Shown here one piece after another: positions 17,099 through 25,620 of a DNA stretch of 64,000 bases. The notes under the pieces are model-generated. The model saw only the letters and a list, made by a program, of their open reading frames with translations. It was not told where the DNA came from and ran no database searches. The translations under genes were made by a program, and so were the position numbers. Positions within the stretch are counted from its first letter, which is position 1. The number at the start of each line of letters is the position of its first letter. The DNA is taken from positions 10,222 to 74,221 of the forward strand of contig JBAZUL010000007.1 in the NCBI GenBank assembly GCA_041661405.1, written 5' to 3'. This DNA comes from Patescibacteria group bacterium. Lineage in GTDB: Bacteria > Patescibacteriota > Patescibacteriia > Patescibacteriales > JBAZCA01.

Positions 17099-18382
17099 AT
17101 GAAATACTTTTTTATCTTAGGCAATCATCCGGCCTTGTCATTGGCTGAACTTTCGGCGGTTTTGGGGAGCGGGAACCTGGCGGCTAATAGCGAAGAGGCG
17201 GCGGTTTTTGGGTTGGAGGAAACGCGCGCAGGTTTGGATGTTGTCAGGCTGATGGCGCGTTTGGGCGGAACGATTAAGATGGGAATTGTATCCCACAACT
17301 CGAAACTCATAACCCATAACTTAAATCGTGAAAGTGGGGTTGGAAATATGGAGGATGTTTTGAAAGAGATTGAGAAGCTTTTACCTATGGAAAAAAAATC
17401 CGAGGGTAAGTTTAAGTTTGGGATTTCGGTTTATGGAAAAATTAAGCTGAACGAAAAACAGCTGGGCATGGAAGTGAAAAAAAATCTAAAAGAGCGGGGA
17501 ATAAGCGCGAGATGGGTGATAAGCCGGGAAAAACAGCTATCAAGCGTAGTGGTTGGGACTAACAACCTTACGCCGCGCGACGGTGAAACGGCGGCCAGAG
17601 GCATGGAAATAGTGATTATGAAAATTGGCGAAGAAATTTTTATCGGTAAAACATTGGCGGTTCAGCCGTTTCGGGAACTTTCCTTTCGGGATTACGGTCG
17701 GCCAGGTCGGGATGACCAATCCGGTATGCTGCCGCCGAAACTGGCGCAAATTATGATTAATCTGGCAGGGATAAAGACTGATGAATCGGATGATGGCAAT
17801 TCCATTCTTCTTGATCCTTTTTGCGGATCAGGGACGGTTTTAACCGAAGCGATTTTGATGGGCTTTCAGAATGTGATTGGCAGTGATATATCGGAAAAGG
17901 CAGTCGCGGATACAAAGAGAAATATGGAGTGGACAAAGAAGAATTTTCAATCCCGAGTACTCGGGACAATTTTCAATTTTCAATTATTTAATAGAAGCGC
18001 GACCGAACTTTCAAAGTTTGTTAAACAGGAATCTGTAGACGCCATTATTACCGAACCTTACTTAGGGCCGCAAAGAGGAAACGTTGATATTAGGAAAATA
18101 AAAAAAGAGCTGGAAAGTCTATATGGCCAGGCTCTTAGAGAATTTAAAAAAGTGTTAAAGCCGGACGGAAAGGTAGTAATGATTTGGCCAGTATTTAAAT
18201 TTAGCGGCGAATGGGCGCAAGTCGCTCCGGACTTAAACGGCTTTAAAATAATCAATCCTCTTAAATCTCCGGGCGAACCGGGTGGGTTTAAAAAAGGAAT
18301 AACCAACAGGGGAACGCTAATATACGGCCGGGAGGGGCAGAAGGTTTGGCGGGAAATCGTTGTCCTGAAAAAAGATATTTAG
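17099..18382 (+). CDS. SAM-dependent RNA methyltransferase (UPF0020/Trm11-RlmL-like)
   Basis: Motif I LLDPFCGSGTVLTEA and a motif IV-like IITEPYLGP. A long N-terminal RNA-binding-type domain (THUMP-like position). Confidence 0.6.
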   Translation: MKYFFILGNHPALSLAELSAVLGSGNLAANSEEAAVFGLEETRAGLDVVRLMARLGGTIKMGIVSHNSKLITHNLNRESGVGNMEDVLKEIEKLLPMEKKSEGKFKFGISVYGKIKLNEKQLGMEVKKNLKERGISARWVISREKQLSSVVVGTNNLTPRDGETAARGMEIVIMKIGEEIFIGKTLAVQPFRELSFRDYGRPGRDDQSGMLPPKLAQIMINLAGIKTDESDDGNSILLDPFCGSGTVLTEAILMGFQNVIGSDISEKAVADTKRNMEWTKKNFQSRVLGTIFNFQLFNRSATELSKFVKQESVDAIITEPYLGPQRGNVDIRKIKKELESLYGQALREFKKVLKPDGKVVMIWPVFKFSGEWAQVAPDLNGFKIINPLKSPGEPGGFKKGITNRGTLIYGREGQKVWREIVVLKKDI

Positions 18383-18392
18383 GATAAAAAAA

Positions 18393-18421
18393 GCCTCGCT
18401 AAAATCGCGGGGCATTTTTTT
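18393..18421. terminator. intrinsic terminator between convergent genes
   Basis: GCCTCGC-TAAAATC-GCGGGGC (one G-U pair), then ATTTTTTT, with an A-run upstream. Confidence 0.55.
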
Positions 18422-18432
18422 GTGAGTCTGAT

Positions 18433-19515
18433 TTATCTGTTAAAAAGAAAATGGCAGATATCTCCGTCCTGCATAATATACTCTTTGCCTTCGGTTCGGA
18501 TCCAGCCTTTTTCGCGGGCGGCCGCTTCGCTTCCGGCTTCAAGAAATTTTTCATAACTCATCACTTCGGCGCGGATAAAGCCTTTTTCAAAATCAGTATG
18601 GATTACGCCGGCCGCTTCAGGCGCTTTGGCTCCGACCCGGACAGTCCAGGCTTTGGTTTCATCCGGTCCGGTGGTAAAAAAAGTCTGCAGTCCGAGAAGC
18701 CTGTAAGAGGCTTTGATAAGCCGATCCAGCCCGCGGTCTTTTATTCCGAGTTCATCCATAAATTCTTTTTGTTCGTCTTCCGAAAGCGCCGCGATTTCCT
18801 CTTCAATTTTCGCGTTAATGGTTATGACTTCGCCGTTCCACAGGGATTGCCGATTGCCGATTGCGGATTGCCGATTTTTTTCCGATTCATCATCGGCGTT
18901 CAGTAAGTAAATAATTGGTTTGGCAGTAAGGAATCCAAAACTTTTCAAATATTTTTTTTCTTCCTCGTCCAGGCTAACTTCGCGAACCGCTTTTCCCGCG
19001 TCCAGGGCGTTTTTAATTTTTTCCAGAATTTCTTTCTGTCTGATAAGCTCTTTGTCGCCGCTTTTTATTTCCCGTCCGAGGCGGTCTAAAGTTTTTTCCG
19101 CGGTTTTTAAGTCGGCGAATATCAGTTCCAGATTTATGGTTTCCCGGTCGCGTTCCGGATTGACGCTTCCTTCAACGTGGATGATATTTTCGTTTTTAAA
19201 ATCTCGGACCACTTCGCAGATGGCGTCGCATTCGCGGATATGCGAAAGAAACTGGTTACCTAAGCCTTCGCCCTTATGCGCTCCTTTAACTAATCCGGCG
19301 ATGTCAACGAATTCAATCGCCGCCGGAATTATTTTTTTCGGCTTTGAAAGGCGCGCGATTTTATCCAATCGCTCATCAGGCACGCTGACTATGCCGACGT
19401 TCGGGTCAATGGTGCAAAAAGGATAGTTGGACGCCTCTACGCCTTTTTTTGTAAGGACGTTAAACAAAGTTGATTTTCCTACGTTCGGCAGGCCGACGAT
19501 TGCGATGGATAACAT
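18433..19515 (-). CDS. ychF: ribosome-binding ATPase YchF
   Basis: IAIVGLPNVGKSTLFNVLT, the central coiled-coil insert, and the C-terminal TGS-type FEKGFIRAEV...GKEYIMQDGDICHFLFN. Confidence 0.9.
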   Translation of the reverse strand: MLSIAIVGLPNVGKSTLFNVLTKKGVEASNYPFCTIDPNVGIVSVPDERLDKIARLSKPKKIIPAAIEFVDIAGLVKGAHKGEGLGNQFLSHIRECDAICEVVRDFKNENIIHVEGSVNPERDRETINLELIFADLKTAEKTLDRLGREIKSGDKELIRQKEILEKIKNALDAGKAVREVSLDEEEKKYLKSFGFLTAKPIIYLLNADDESEKNRQSAIGNRQSLWNGEVITINAKIEEEIAALSEDEQKEFMDELGIKDRGLDRLIKASYRLLGLQTFFTTGPDETKAWTVRVGAKAPEAAGVIHTDFEKGFIRAEVMSYEKFLEAGSEAAAREKGWIRTEGKEYIMQDGDICHFLFNR

Positions 19516-19644
19516 AAAATAATTATTTTTTCTTTAAACAAGACACCCCAAAAAGAGAGGCTAAGCGTATGAAACTCAGGCTAACTTACCAAAATTTTCC
19601 GGAAATTACAAATTAACCGGTTAAGCTCGTTAAAAATATGGTAC

Positions 19645-20139
19645 TTACTCAATTTTTAAAATTTCATATTCCGTTTCCCTGTCTTTGAGCTTAAGTATCA
19701 CCCGATCTCCCGCCCGTCGGCCCATCAGGATGGAACCGATCGGCGAATTGCGCGAGATAACGCCCTGGCCGGGGTTGGTTTCGGCTGAACCGAGAATAAG
19801 GAAGGTTTTTATTTTGCCGTTTACTTTAACGGTTACCCGGCTGCCAAGAACGACGCGGTTGCTTTGTCCGGGCACGATAATCACCGCGTTTTTTAGATGG
19901 TCTTCGGTTTCAATAATCCGCTGGTTTAGTCCGCGGAGCCGGCCTTTAGCGATCTGGTAAGCGGCGTTTTCGGAAAAATCGCCGTTTAAGGCGTGGAATT
20001 TAACTTCTTCAATCAAAGGCGGCCGGGATTTTTTCATCCGCTCCAGTTTATTTTTCAGTTCCTGAAATTTTTCCGCCGTAATATGCGGATCAGGTTTTAA
20101 ATGGGTATATTTGCCGGGTTTTCTAATTGGTACTTGCAT
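19645..20139 (-). CDS. greA: transcription elongation factor GreA
   Basis: 164 aa with an N-terminal coiled coil (ENAAYQIAKGRLRGLNQRI) and a C-terminal FKBP-like domain ending ILKIE. Confidence 0.8.
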   Translation of the reverse strand: MQVPIRKPGKYTHLKPDPHITAEKFQELKNKLERMKKSRPPLIEEVKFHALNGDFSENAAYQIAKGRLRGLNQRIIETEDHLKNAVIIVPGQSNRVVLGSRVTVKVNGKIKTFLILGSAETNPGQGVISRNSPIGSILMGRRAGDRVILKLKDRETEYEILKIE

Positions 20140-20209
20140 GGGTAAATGTTAGCATATTTCCATTTTTTTTGGTATTTTGCTATATTGCGTGCTATATTCC
20201 ATACATAGT

Positions 20210-21007
20210 ATGCAGGAAAAAAATTTCTTAATTGCTTTTGGCTTGTCTTTGTTCGCCGGACTTTCAACCGTCCTCGGGGCGATAATTGTCTATGGATTAA
20301 AAAGCCGGACCCCGAAAATTTTGTCTTTAGGGCTCGGGTTTTCGGCCGGGGTGATGCTTTACCTTTCTTTTTTTGAGCTTATTCCCGAAGCAAAGCGGGC
20401 GCTTTTTTCACAAGGAAACAACGGCTGGGACAGTCTGGCATTATATCTTGTTTCAGGTTTGGCAATCGCGGCCATTATAGATTTTTTCACTCATAAGTTT
20501 GTCCATGAAAAAACCGACTGTCCGGTTCCGGGCGAAAAGCGCCGGAAAAAAGGCCACTCGCTCCACAGGCTCGGAGTCTTTACCGCCCTAGCCATTGCCA
20601 TCCATAATTTTCCCGAGGGCGTCGCGACGTTCGCTTCGGCCGCTACCAATCTTTCTTTGGGCATCCCCCTCGCCCTGGCGGTCGCGATCCATAATATTCC
20701 CGAAGGCATGTGCGTCGCCTTGCCGGTTTACTGCGCGACCGGCAGTAAAAGCAAAGGCATCCTCTATACTTTGTGGGCGGGTCTTGCCGAACCGCTCGGC
20801 GCCATGCTCGCCTACTTTTTTCTTTTTCCGTTTTTCACCGCTTACATAGAAGGCGCGCTTCTCGCGGTTGTCGCCGGAATCATGATTTACGTCGCCTTGG
20901 ACGAACTTTTGCCCGCCGCCCGGGAAAACGGGGAGCTTAACCGCGCCCTCGCCGGACTGGCTCTAGGCGCGGTTTCCATGTATTTACTATTGCCGCTATT
21001 AAAATAA
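20210..21007 (+). CDS. zupT: ZIP-family zinc transporter ZupT
   Basis: AIHNFPEGVATF and AIHNIPEGMCVA motifs with 8 TM helices. ATG 20210; the track begins at TTG 20177. Confidence 0.85.
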   Translation: MQEKNFLIAFGLSLFAGLSTVLGAIIVYGLKSRTPKILSLGLGFSAGVMLYLSFFELIPEAKRALFSQGNNGWDSLALYLVSGLAIAAIIDFFTHKFVHEKTDCPVPGEKRRKKGHSLHRLGVFTALAIAIHNFPEGVATFASAATNLSLGIPLALAVAIHNIPEGMCVALPVYCATGSKSKGILYTLWAGLAEPLGAMLAYFFLFPFFTAYIEGALLAVVAGIMIYVALDELLPAARENGELNRALAGLALGAVSMYLLLPLLK

Positions 21008-21074
21008 AAGCCGACCGAACGCGGGCAGCTTTAATTTACAGGATAAGTTTCTTTTAGAAGAAAATAAATGTAGG

Positions 21075-21830
21075 TTAATTAACCTTTAACTTTTTATAAC
21101 TCTTCACCAGCCATACGCCGTCATCCGATTCCCAATACCTGTTAAGGCGGATTTGGACTTTATACCTCTCGTTTTCCAGTAAGACCACGGCATTGGTTAT
21201 CCCGCCCGAGTCGCTCTTATCGGTTGATTCAAGGGTAAGGCTGTTTAATCCGTGATTCAGCGACTTTAAATCGCCTTTTTCCAGTTCGTTTTTAACGACC
21301 GCCACCGGGTCTTTTCTCCAGACTTGGATACCCTCGTCGGCCAAGGTTTGGTAAAGCTTTAAAAATTCCTTATTGATGCTTTTGTTCACATAAACCGTGC
21401 CGTCACTGCTGTGGAACTGCGCGATTTCCTTTCTTCTTTCGTCTTCAATTTTGTAACCTAATTGCGTCGCCCGAATCGGAAGCAAAACCAGCATGAAAAA
21501 TGATAAAAGACATAAGGCAGTATTTTTAAAACCGATTTTTCCCGCCGCTTTGTCATGACGATAATAAATCCAGACAAATACCGATAAAACGAGAAACGCG
21601 CCGAGGAAGGGCAGGAAGGGAAAAAGAAAAAAAGTGAGATAATCGTTTTTAAGGAAATTCATCATCATCCCCCCGGAATTATCAGTAAAAATATTCCCGG
21701 ACGCGCTTCTTCCAACCCAAAAGATAGACGGCACCGCGAGCATGACGTAAATCAAGAAAGAAGAAAGAACGAGGAGCGGGGACAAAAAGCTGGAAAAGTA
21801 TTGGCTGATTAGGAGTAGAGAATTTTTCAT
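21075..21830 (-). CDS. hypothetical membrane protein with a C-terminal soluble domain
   Basis: 251 aa with about 4 TM helices. It has a 4-nt overlap with the upstream gene. No family recognised. Confidence 0.55.
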   Translation of the reverse strand: MKNSLLLISQYFSSFLSPLLVLSSFLIYVMLAVPSIFWVGRSASGNIFTDNSGGMMMNFLKNDYLTFFLFPFLPFLGAFLVLSVFVWIYYRHDKAAGKIGFKNTALCLLSFFMLVLLPIRATQLGYKIEDERRKEIAQFHSSDGTVYVNKSINKEFLKLYQTLADEGIQVWRKDPVAVVKNELEKGDLKSLNHGLNSLTLESTDKSDSGGITNAVVLLENERYKVQIRLNRYWESDDGVWLVKSYKKLKVN

Positions 21831-22651
21831 AGTGTGTTTTTATTATCGCTTTGTTTAATTAATAAAAGGAGCGCGTAAAAAATAATTCCCAAGCCAAAGA
21901 CTATGAGATACGGAGCGGTAGCGATATAGCGAAAATATAACGGGCTAACATCCTGAAAGATGACTTGGATGCTCATAGCCCAGCTCAAAAATATTAAAGA
22001 CAAAACGGCATTGTATGTCCACATCAGATAATTAAGCCGGGGATTTTTCAAAAGCTTTTTGCTGGTAAAAATAAAGAGTATAAGATAAACGGCGATAAAA
22101 GCGCTAGTCGCCGGAAGCTCAAATTTCCATCTCCCGTCCGGCGGAACATGGTTCATGACATAATGATAATTCGCGCTTAGAACAATAAGGGAACTGAGAA
22201 TCACGGATTTTAAAAATGAAATGTTTAAATTCAGCCGGGTATTATGTTTTGGAAAAAATATCAGATTTACTCCTCGGATAAAAATACCAACCAGCCCTCC
22301 GGCCAGATACGCAGTTGCCAAACCAAGATGGCCGTATAATTCATCCTTGTCTTTGAAAGGGTTAAAATAATTGGCCGGATTAACATGCTCGGGTTCAAGG
22401 ATAAAAGAAAAAAGTTTCGCGAAGAATATGGTTAAGAAACTGAAGAAAAGCGCGCCAATGATTATTTTGGGAAGATATTGGTAGCTCCGGTCGCCGTCCT
22501 GGATTAAGGCGGATATTATTCCCGCCATGATTGGCAATGCGAAAAGGATTACACCCCAATTCCAGGACAAGGACAAAAGATAGTCAATCCTTGAAAGTAG
22601 CAAGGCGGCGATGAAAACGGCTAATGAGTTTAAAATAAGTTGTTTTTTCAT
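21827..22651 (-). CDS. hypothetical polytopic membrane protein
   Basis: 274 aa with about 8 TM helices. No family recognised. Confidence 0.55.
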   Translation of the reverse strand: MKKQLILNSLAVFIAALLLSRIDYLLSLSWNWGVILFALPIMAGIISALIQDGDRSYQYLPKIIIGALFFSFLTIFFAKLFSFILEPEHVNPANYFNPFKDKDELYGHLGLATAYLAGGLVGIFIRGVNLIFFPKHNTRLNLNISFLKSVILSSLIVLSANYHYVMNHVPPDGRWKFELPATSAFIAVYLILFIFTSKKLLKNPRLNYLMWTYNAVLSLIFLSWAMSIQVIFQDVSPLYFRYIATAPYLIVFGLGIIFYALLLLIKQSDNKNTL

Positions 22652-23060
22652 TTTGCTTATTTGTTTATCTCATCTTTATATTAACAGTTTTCGCGGTGGA
22701 ATTAAAGAAATGGACAAATACGCATCGCGGGATATTGGTTTTGTCTAATCCCTAAATCTTATAAATAACGCCGCCATAACGGAAAAGCAGACTCATTTGA
22801 ATCTGCTTTTTCGTACTGTAATCGGGAAAAGGAATCGGATATTAGGGCCGGTTTATGAAAAACCGAAGCCTTCGGGTCTATCCGATACTTTGTTTTAGAT
22901 GCGGGGGGCTTAGGGACGATTTTAGAACTATGGATTGGGGCGGGATAATAGGAGAATTAAATTATAATAAAAAGTTTTTGAACTACTTAAAAGTGTTAAG
23001 TTGATTGTCCTTAGTGGCCAAGCTTATACTTCAAGCTTAACCACTAAGGACGATTTGTTT

Positions 23061-23516
23061 CTACCCTCTCGGCCTCATTTGTTCCCCACATTCGGAGCAG
23101 ATATAGAGGTCGGCTTCACCTCTAATAGTGAGGACTCTTTTGGGGCTGTTTGGGTATTTGCCGCATTCACAGCACTCGCCGTCCGTATCATATATCTGGG
23201 GCAAGTCGAAGTAGTCGCGGACAAATGGCAGTTCCGGCACTCTCAATCCTGTCCTGAACTGTTGAGGTCCGGCGGTTTGAGAGGGACGCCTCGTTTCTAT
23301 GCGTCTTGTTTCTGCCGGGGCGAGGGGCTTTGCCTGTTTTCCAATTTTTGGAATTACCGGAGTCCCGGGGACTTGGCGGTTGAGCAGATGACAGTCCCCC
23401 TGAAAGCACAAGAAACCACCTTCCCAGCTTACTTGCTGGCCCGGGAATTGTTTTTGCGCTTTCTTCTTCCAGCCTTTTCTTTCCGCCATAACAGCGGATA
23501 CTGCTGAATTAGGCAT
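23061..23516 (-). CDS. hypothetical protein with a C-terminal zinc ribbon
   Basis: CCECG...CSECG pair at the C-terminus. A strong SD AAGGAGG lies 5 nt upstream of ATG 23516. A hairpin TCCTTAGTGG...CCACTAAGGA (23010-23051) follows the stop. Confidence 0.55.
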   Translation of the reverse strand: MPNSAVSAVMAERKGWKKKAQKQFPGQQVSWEGGFLCFQGDCHLLNRQVPGTPVIPKIGKQAKPLAPAETRRIETRRPSQTAGPQQFRTGLRVPELPFVRDYFDLPQIYDTDGECCECGKYPNSPKRVLTIRGEADLYICSECGEQMRPRG

Positions 23517-23732
23517 TTTTGCCTCCTTCTAATAGAAAGACCAATAAGATAAAAACACTTAGCCGTTGAGTTTTCTATATCAGATATTAAGAGTATTGTA
23601 AATTGATTAAATAAAAAATGGTTAATAATAGCCATTTAATAGATGCGGAGCGGACGGGGCTCGAAAGGCATTTAGGCCTTTTTGGTACCATATAGGTACG
23701 TAGTGATTATTTCGGTATTCGTTTGACACATT

Positions 23733-23763
23733 AAAAAGAGTGCCCGGGAAAAATCCCGGGCAC
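23733..23763 (-). terminator. intrinsic terminator after the AIPR-like gene
   Basis: On the minus strand: GTGCCCGGGA-TTTT-TCCCGGGCAC (10-bp perfect stem), then CTCTTTTT. Confidence 0.7.
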
Positions 23764-23772
23764 TACTTAATT

Positions 23773-25005
23773 TTACTTTTGAGCCAGTTTTTCCTGTAAA
23801 GAGTGGATCACTACCGTGTTAGCGATATTTTGCCAGAGAACCCGACTTTTCCCGGTTTTATTCGGGTTACTGCCGTATTCCCGCTGGTGCGCTTCAAGGA
23901 CTTGGCCTACGAATGTTGCCCCGTGCTTTTTTAAGAATACTTTTGGATCTACCGCCCAATCATATTGGCCGTTCTTCTCCTCAAGCAAGAACCGGAGAGC
24001 TGCAAAGACCGGCATTGAAAAACCCTTGGATAATTTGTACCTCGCCAATTGGGAGGTAAAGGGCAATCTAATATTTACCGCTTTCCTTTTTTTCCCTTTG
24101 CCGCGGTGAGTCTCAATACCGTTCCAGTTGCCAGCTCTCTTTACTATCTTTGATTGTACGGCGAAATCTTCAAAATTAAGGTATAAATATTCGTATAATT
24201 CAACTATAGAAGGGAGAATGGAATATAGCTTTTCGTAAGTAGGCCGGTTAGCGTCGTTCATCCATTTATTAAAGCAACTCGTTACTCCCGTATATGCAAT
24301 GGTTGGCTGGTGGTTATTGTCATACAAATCCTTGTTAAGGGCTGTCATTAGGGCGGTGATCTCTTCGATTGGAAAAGTCGCGGCATCATCTCCTTTATTT
24401 TCATTTTCGAAATAGATTATCTTATCGCTATATTTTCCTAGTGCCTTCTTTATCCCTTCAAACTTTCTTTCAAGGTTTGCTATTGATTTTTCGGCCACCT
24501 GTACGCTGGTATTTCGCGCCCTTGCTAGTTTGGTAGCAAATTGGTCCGCTCCTTCTATAATCGTGACGAATATAGGAAGGTCGGACAGCGCCTCATCGTC
24601 CATTTTGTTTTTAAGCACTGCATAGCTGTGCCCCCCGTCTACGAGCCCGCCTTTGGGGTTTCCGTCCTCGTCGGCTCCGAAGTCAATAATAACTTTCCTT
24701 TCCCCCTTGTCGGAATTAGGAAAAATGACTTTTTCCGCAGATAGGAATAGGCCACGATTGCAGTCGGTGAAATATTCAGGTTCTATTTCCAGCGTTTCTC
24801 TCATTTGCTTGCATGGTTTGGCATCTGGATCTGGTTGCCGGGGGTTGGGAGTGGTTGGGATATTGGCTGGCAAATTCTTAAGCAAAATAAAAAGGAAATG
24901 CGTCTTAATGACTTCGTTTCCTTCTGGGTCGTAGTAGCGTAGCTTCCTACTGATTGTTCTGGCTTGAGAATACTCAAATTCCAAAACCTGTTTTGGTTGT
25001 GTCAT
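23773..25005 (-). CDS. AIPR-like / ParB-fold (DGQHR-like) abortive-infection-type protein
   Basis: PNPRQPD...MRETLEIEPEYFTDCNRGLFLSAEKV and GGLVDGGHSYAVL recall the AIPR pattern (N-x-R ... NNGIT ... [ND]G-x-[QH]-[TS]). Recognised from memory only. Confidence 0.4.
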   Translation of the reverse strand: MTQPKQVLEFEYSQARTISRKLRYYDPEGNEVIKTHFLFILLKNLPANIPTTPNPRQPDPDAKPCKQMRETLEIEPEYFTDCNRGLFLSAEKVIFPNSDKGERKVIIDFGADEDGNPKGGLVDGGHSYAVLKNKMDDEALSDLPIFVTIIEGADQFATKLARARNTSVQVAEKSIANLERKFEGIKKALGKYSDKIIYFENENKGDDAATFPIEEITALMTALNKDLYDNNHQPTIAYTGVTSCFNKWMNDANRPTYEKLYSILPSIVELYEYLYLNFEDFAVQSKIVKRAGNWNGIETHRGKGKKRKAVNIRLPFTSQLARYKLSKGFSMPVFAALRFLLEEKNGQYDWAVDPKVFLKKHGATFVGQVLEAHQREYGSNPNKTGKSRVLWQNIANTVVIHSLQEKLAQK

Positions 25006-25127
25006 AGATTTGTTCTAAAAATTAGTTAATTTTTCTGCCACCCAATGCAAGGTTGCTTTGATTGGCTAAGTCCGCGGCAAGGTTGCCTGCGAACTCTTCT
25101 TTCATATTACCATAAACATTTGTCTCG

Positions 25128-25340
25128 TCAAGGCAGTTTTTCACGTTCTACTGCCTTCGCCAGATCCTTGTCAATCTCATGCTCCCAAATCCTAAGGGCT
25201 TTCCACCCCGCACTTTTTAAGAGCTTAAAAGTTTTTTTGTCCCGGACGATATTCTTTTCAATTTTGTTTTTTCAGAATTTTCTGTTTGTGGCTGGCTTTA
25301 TAAAATGTTTTTTTATAACTATGCCAGAAGCAGAAATCAG
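25128..25340 (-). pseudogene. vsr: vsr (very short patch repair endonuclease) remnant, C-terminal ~70 codons with an in-frame stop
   Basis: Minus-strand translation is ...IKPATNRKF*KNKIEKNIVRDKKTFKLLKSAGWKALRIWEHEI... It aligns with E. coli Vsr VPATRTEFWLEKIGKNVERDRRDISRLQELGWRVLIVWECAL. TGA (25274-25272) falls at the conserved Trp. There is no start codon and the N-terminal half is missing. Confidence 0.7.
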
Positions 25341-25370
25341 TTAACAGATTGTATTTTTTTCAATACAACG

Positions 25371-25619
25371 TCAATTTGCCGAAATATTTTGGAAAATTTT
25401 TCTATGTCTAAGCTTTATTGATAACTCCACCCATAATCTATAATCCTCGTATTCATTAAATTCAGCATCTTTGTCTTCATCCCAATACAAACCAGTATAA
25501 CAATCCCAATCATCGCCATACCCCTTGCATACTAATACGGCATTCTCGTCCTTAAAGAATTTAGTCAGCCAGAGCAACGGCTTGATTACGCGTTTGGATA
25601 CGGGAATATCAATCTTCAT
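25371..25619 (-). CDS. small acidic Trp/Tyr-rich hypothetical protein
   Basis: 82 aa. Its ATG (25619) lies 1 nt after the stop of the DpnI-like gene. No family recognised. Confidence 0.5.
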   Translation of the reverse strand: MKIDIPVSKRVIKPLLWLTKFFKDENAVLVCKGYGDDWDCYTGLYWDEDKDAEFNEYEDYRLWVELSIKLRHRKIFQNISAN

Positions 25620-25620
25620 G

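Noticed and set aside
23001-23507. 168-aa plus-strand ORF opposite the zinc-ribbon gene
   Set aside because: The minus-strand ORF has a perfect AAGGAGG Shine-Dalgarno sequence, paired CxxC motifs and a 3' hairpin. The plus-strand ORF has none of these.
25272-25274. TGA aligned with the conserved Trp of Vsr, raising the idea of UGA-to-Trp (or Gly) recoding
   Set aside because: TGA clearly terminates well-conserved genes in this window (for example purF at the ATGA junction with purN, and the orphan operon gene at 15522). Long standard-code ORFs are intact throughout. The vsr remnant also lacks a start and its N-terminal half. A nonsense mutation in a pseudogene is the simpler reading.
25045-25344. 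99-aa plus-strand ORF
   Set aside because: It is the antisense of the region whose minus-strand translation aligns with the Vsr C-terminal half. It is better explained as a shadow of the vsr pseudogene.
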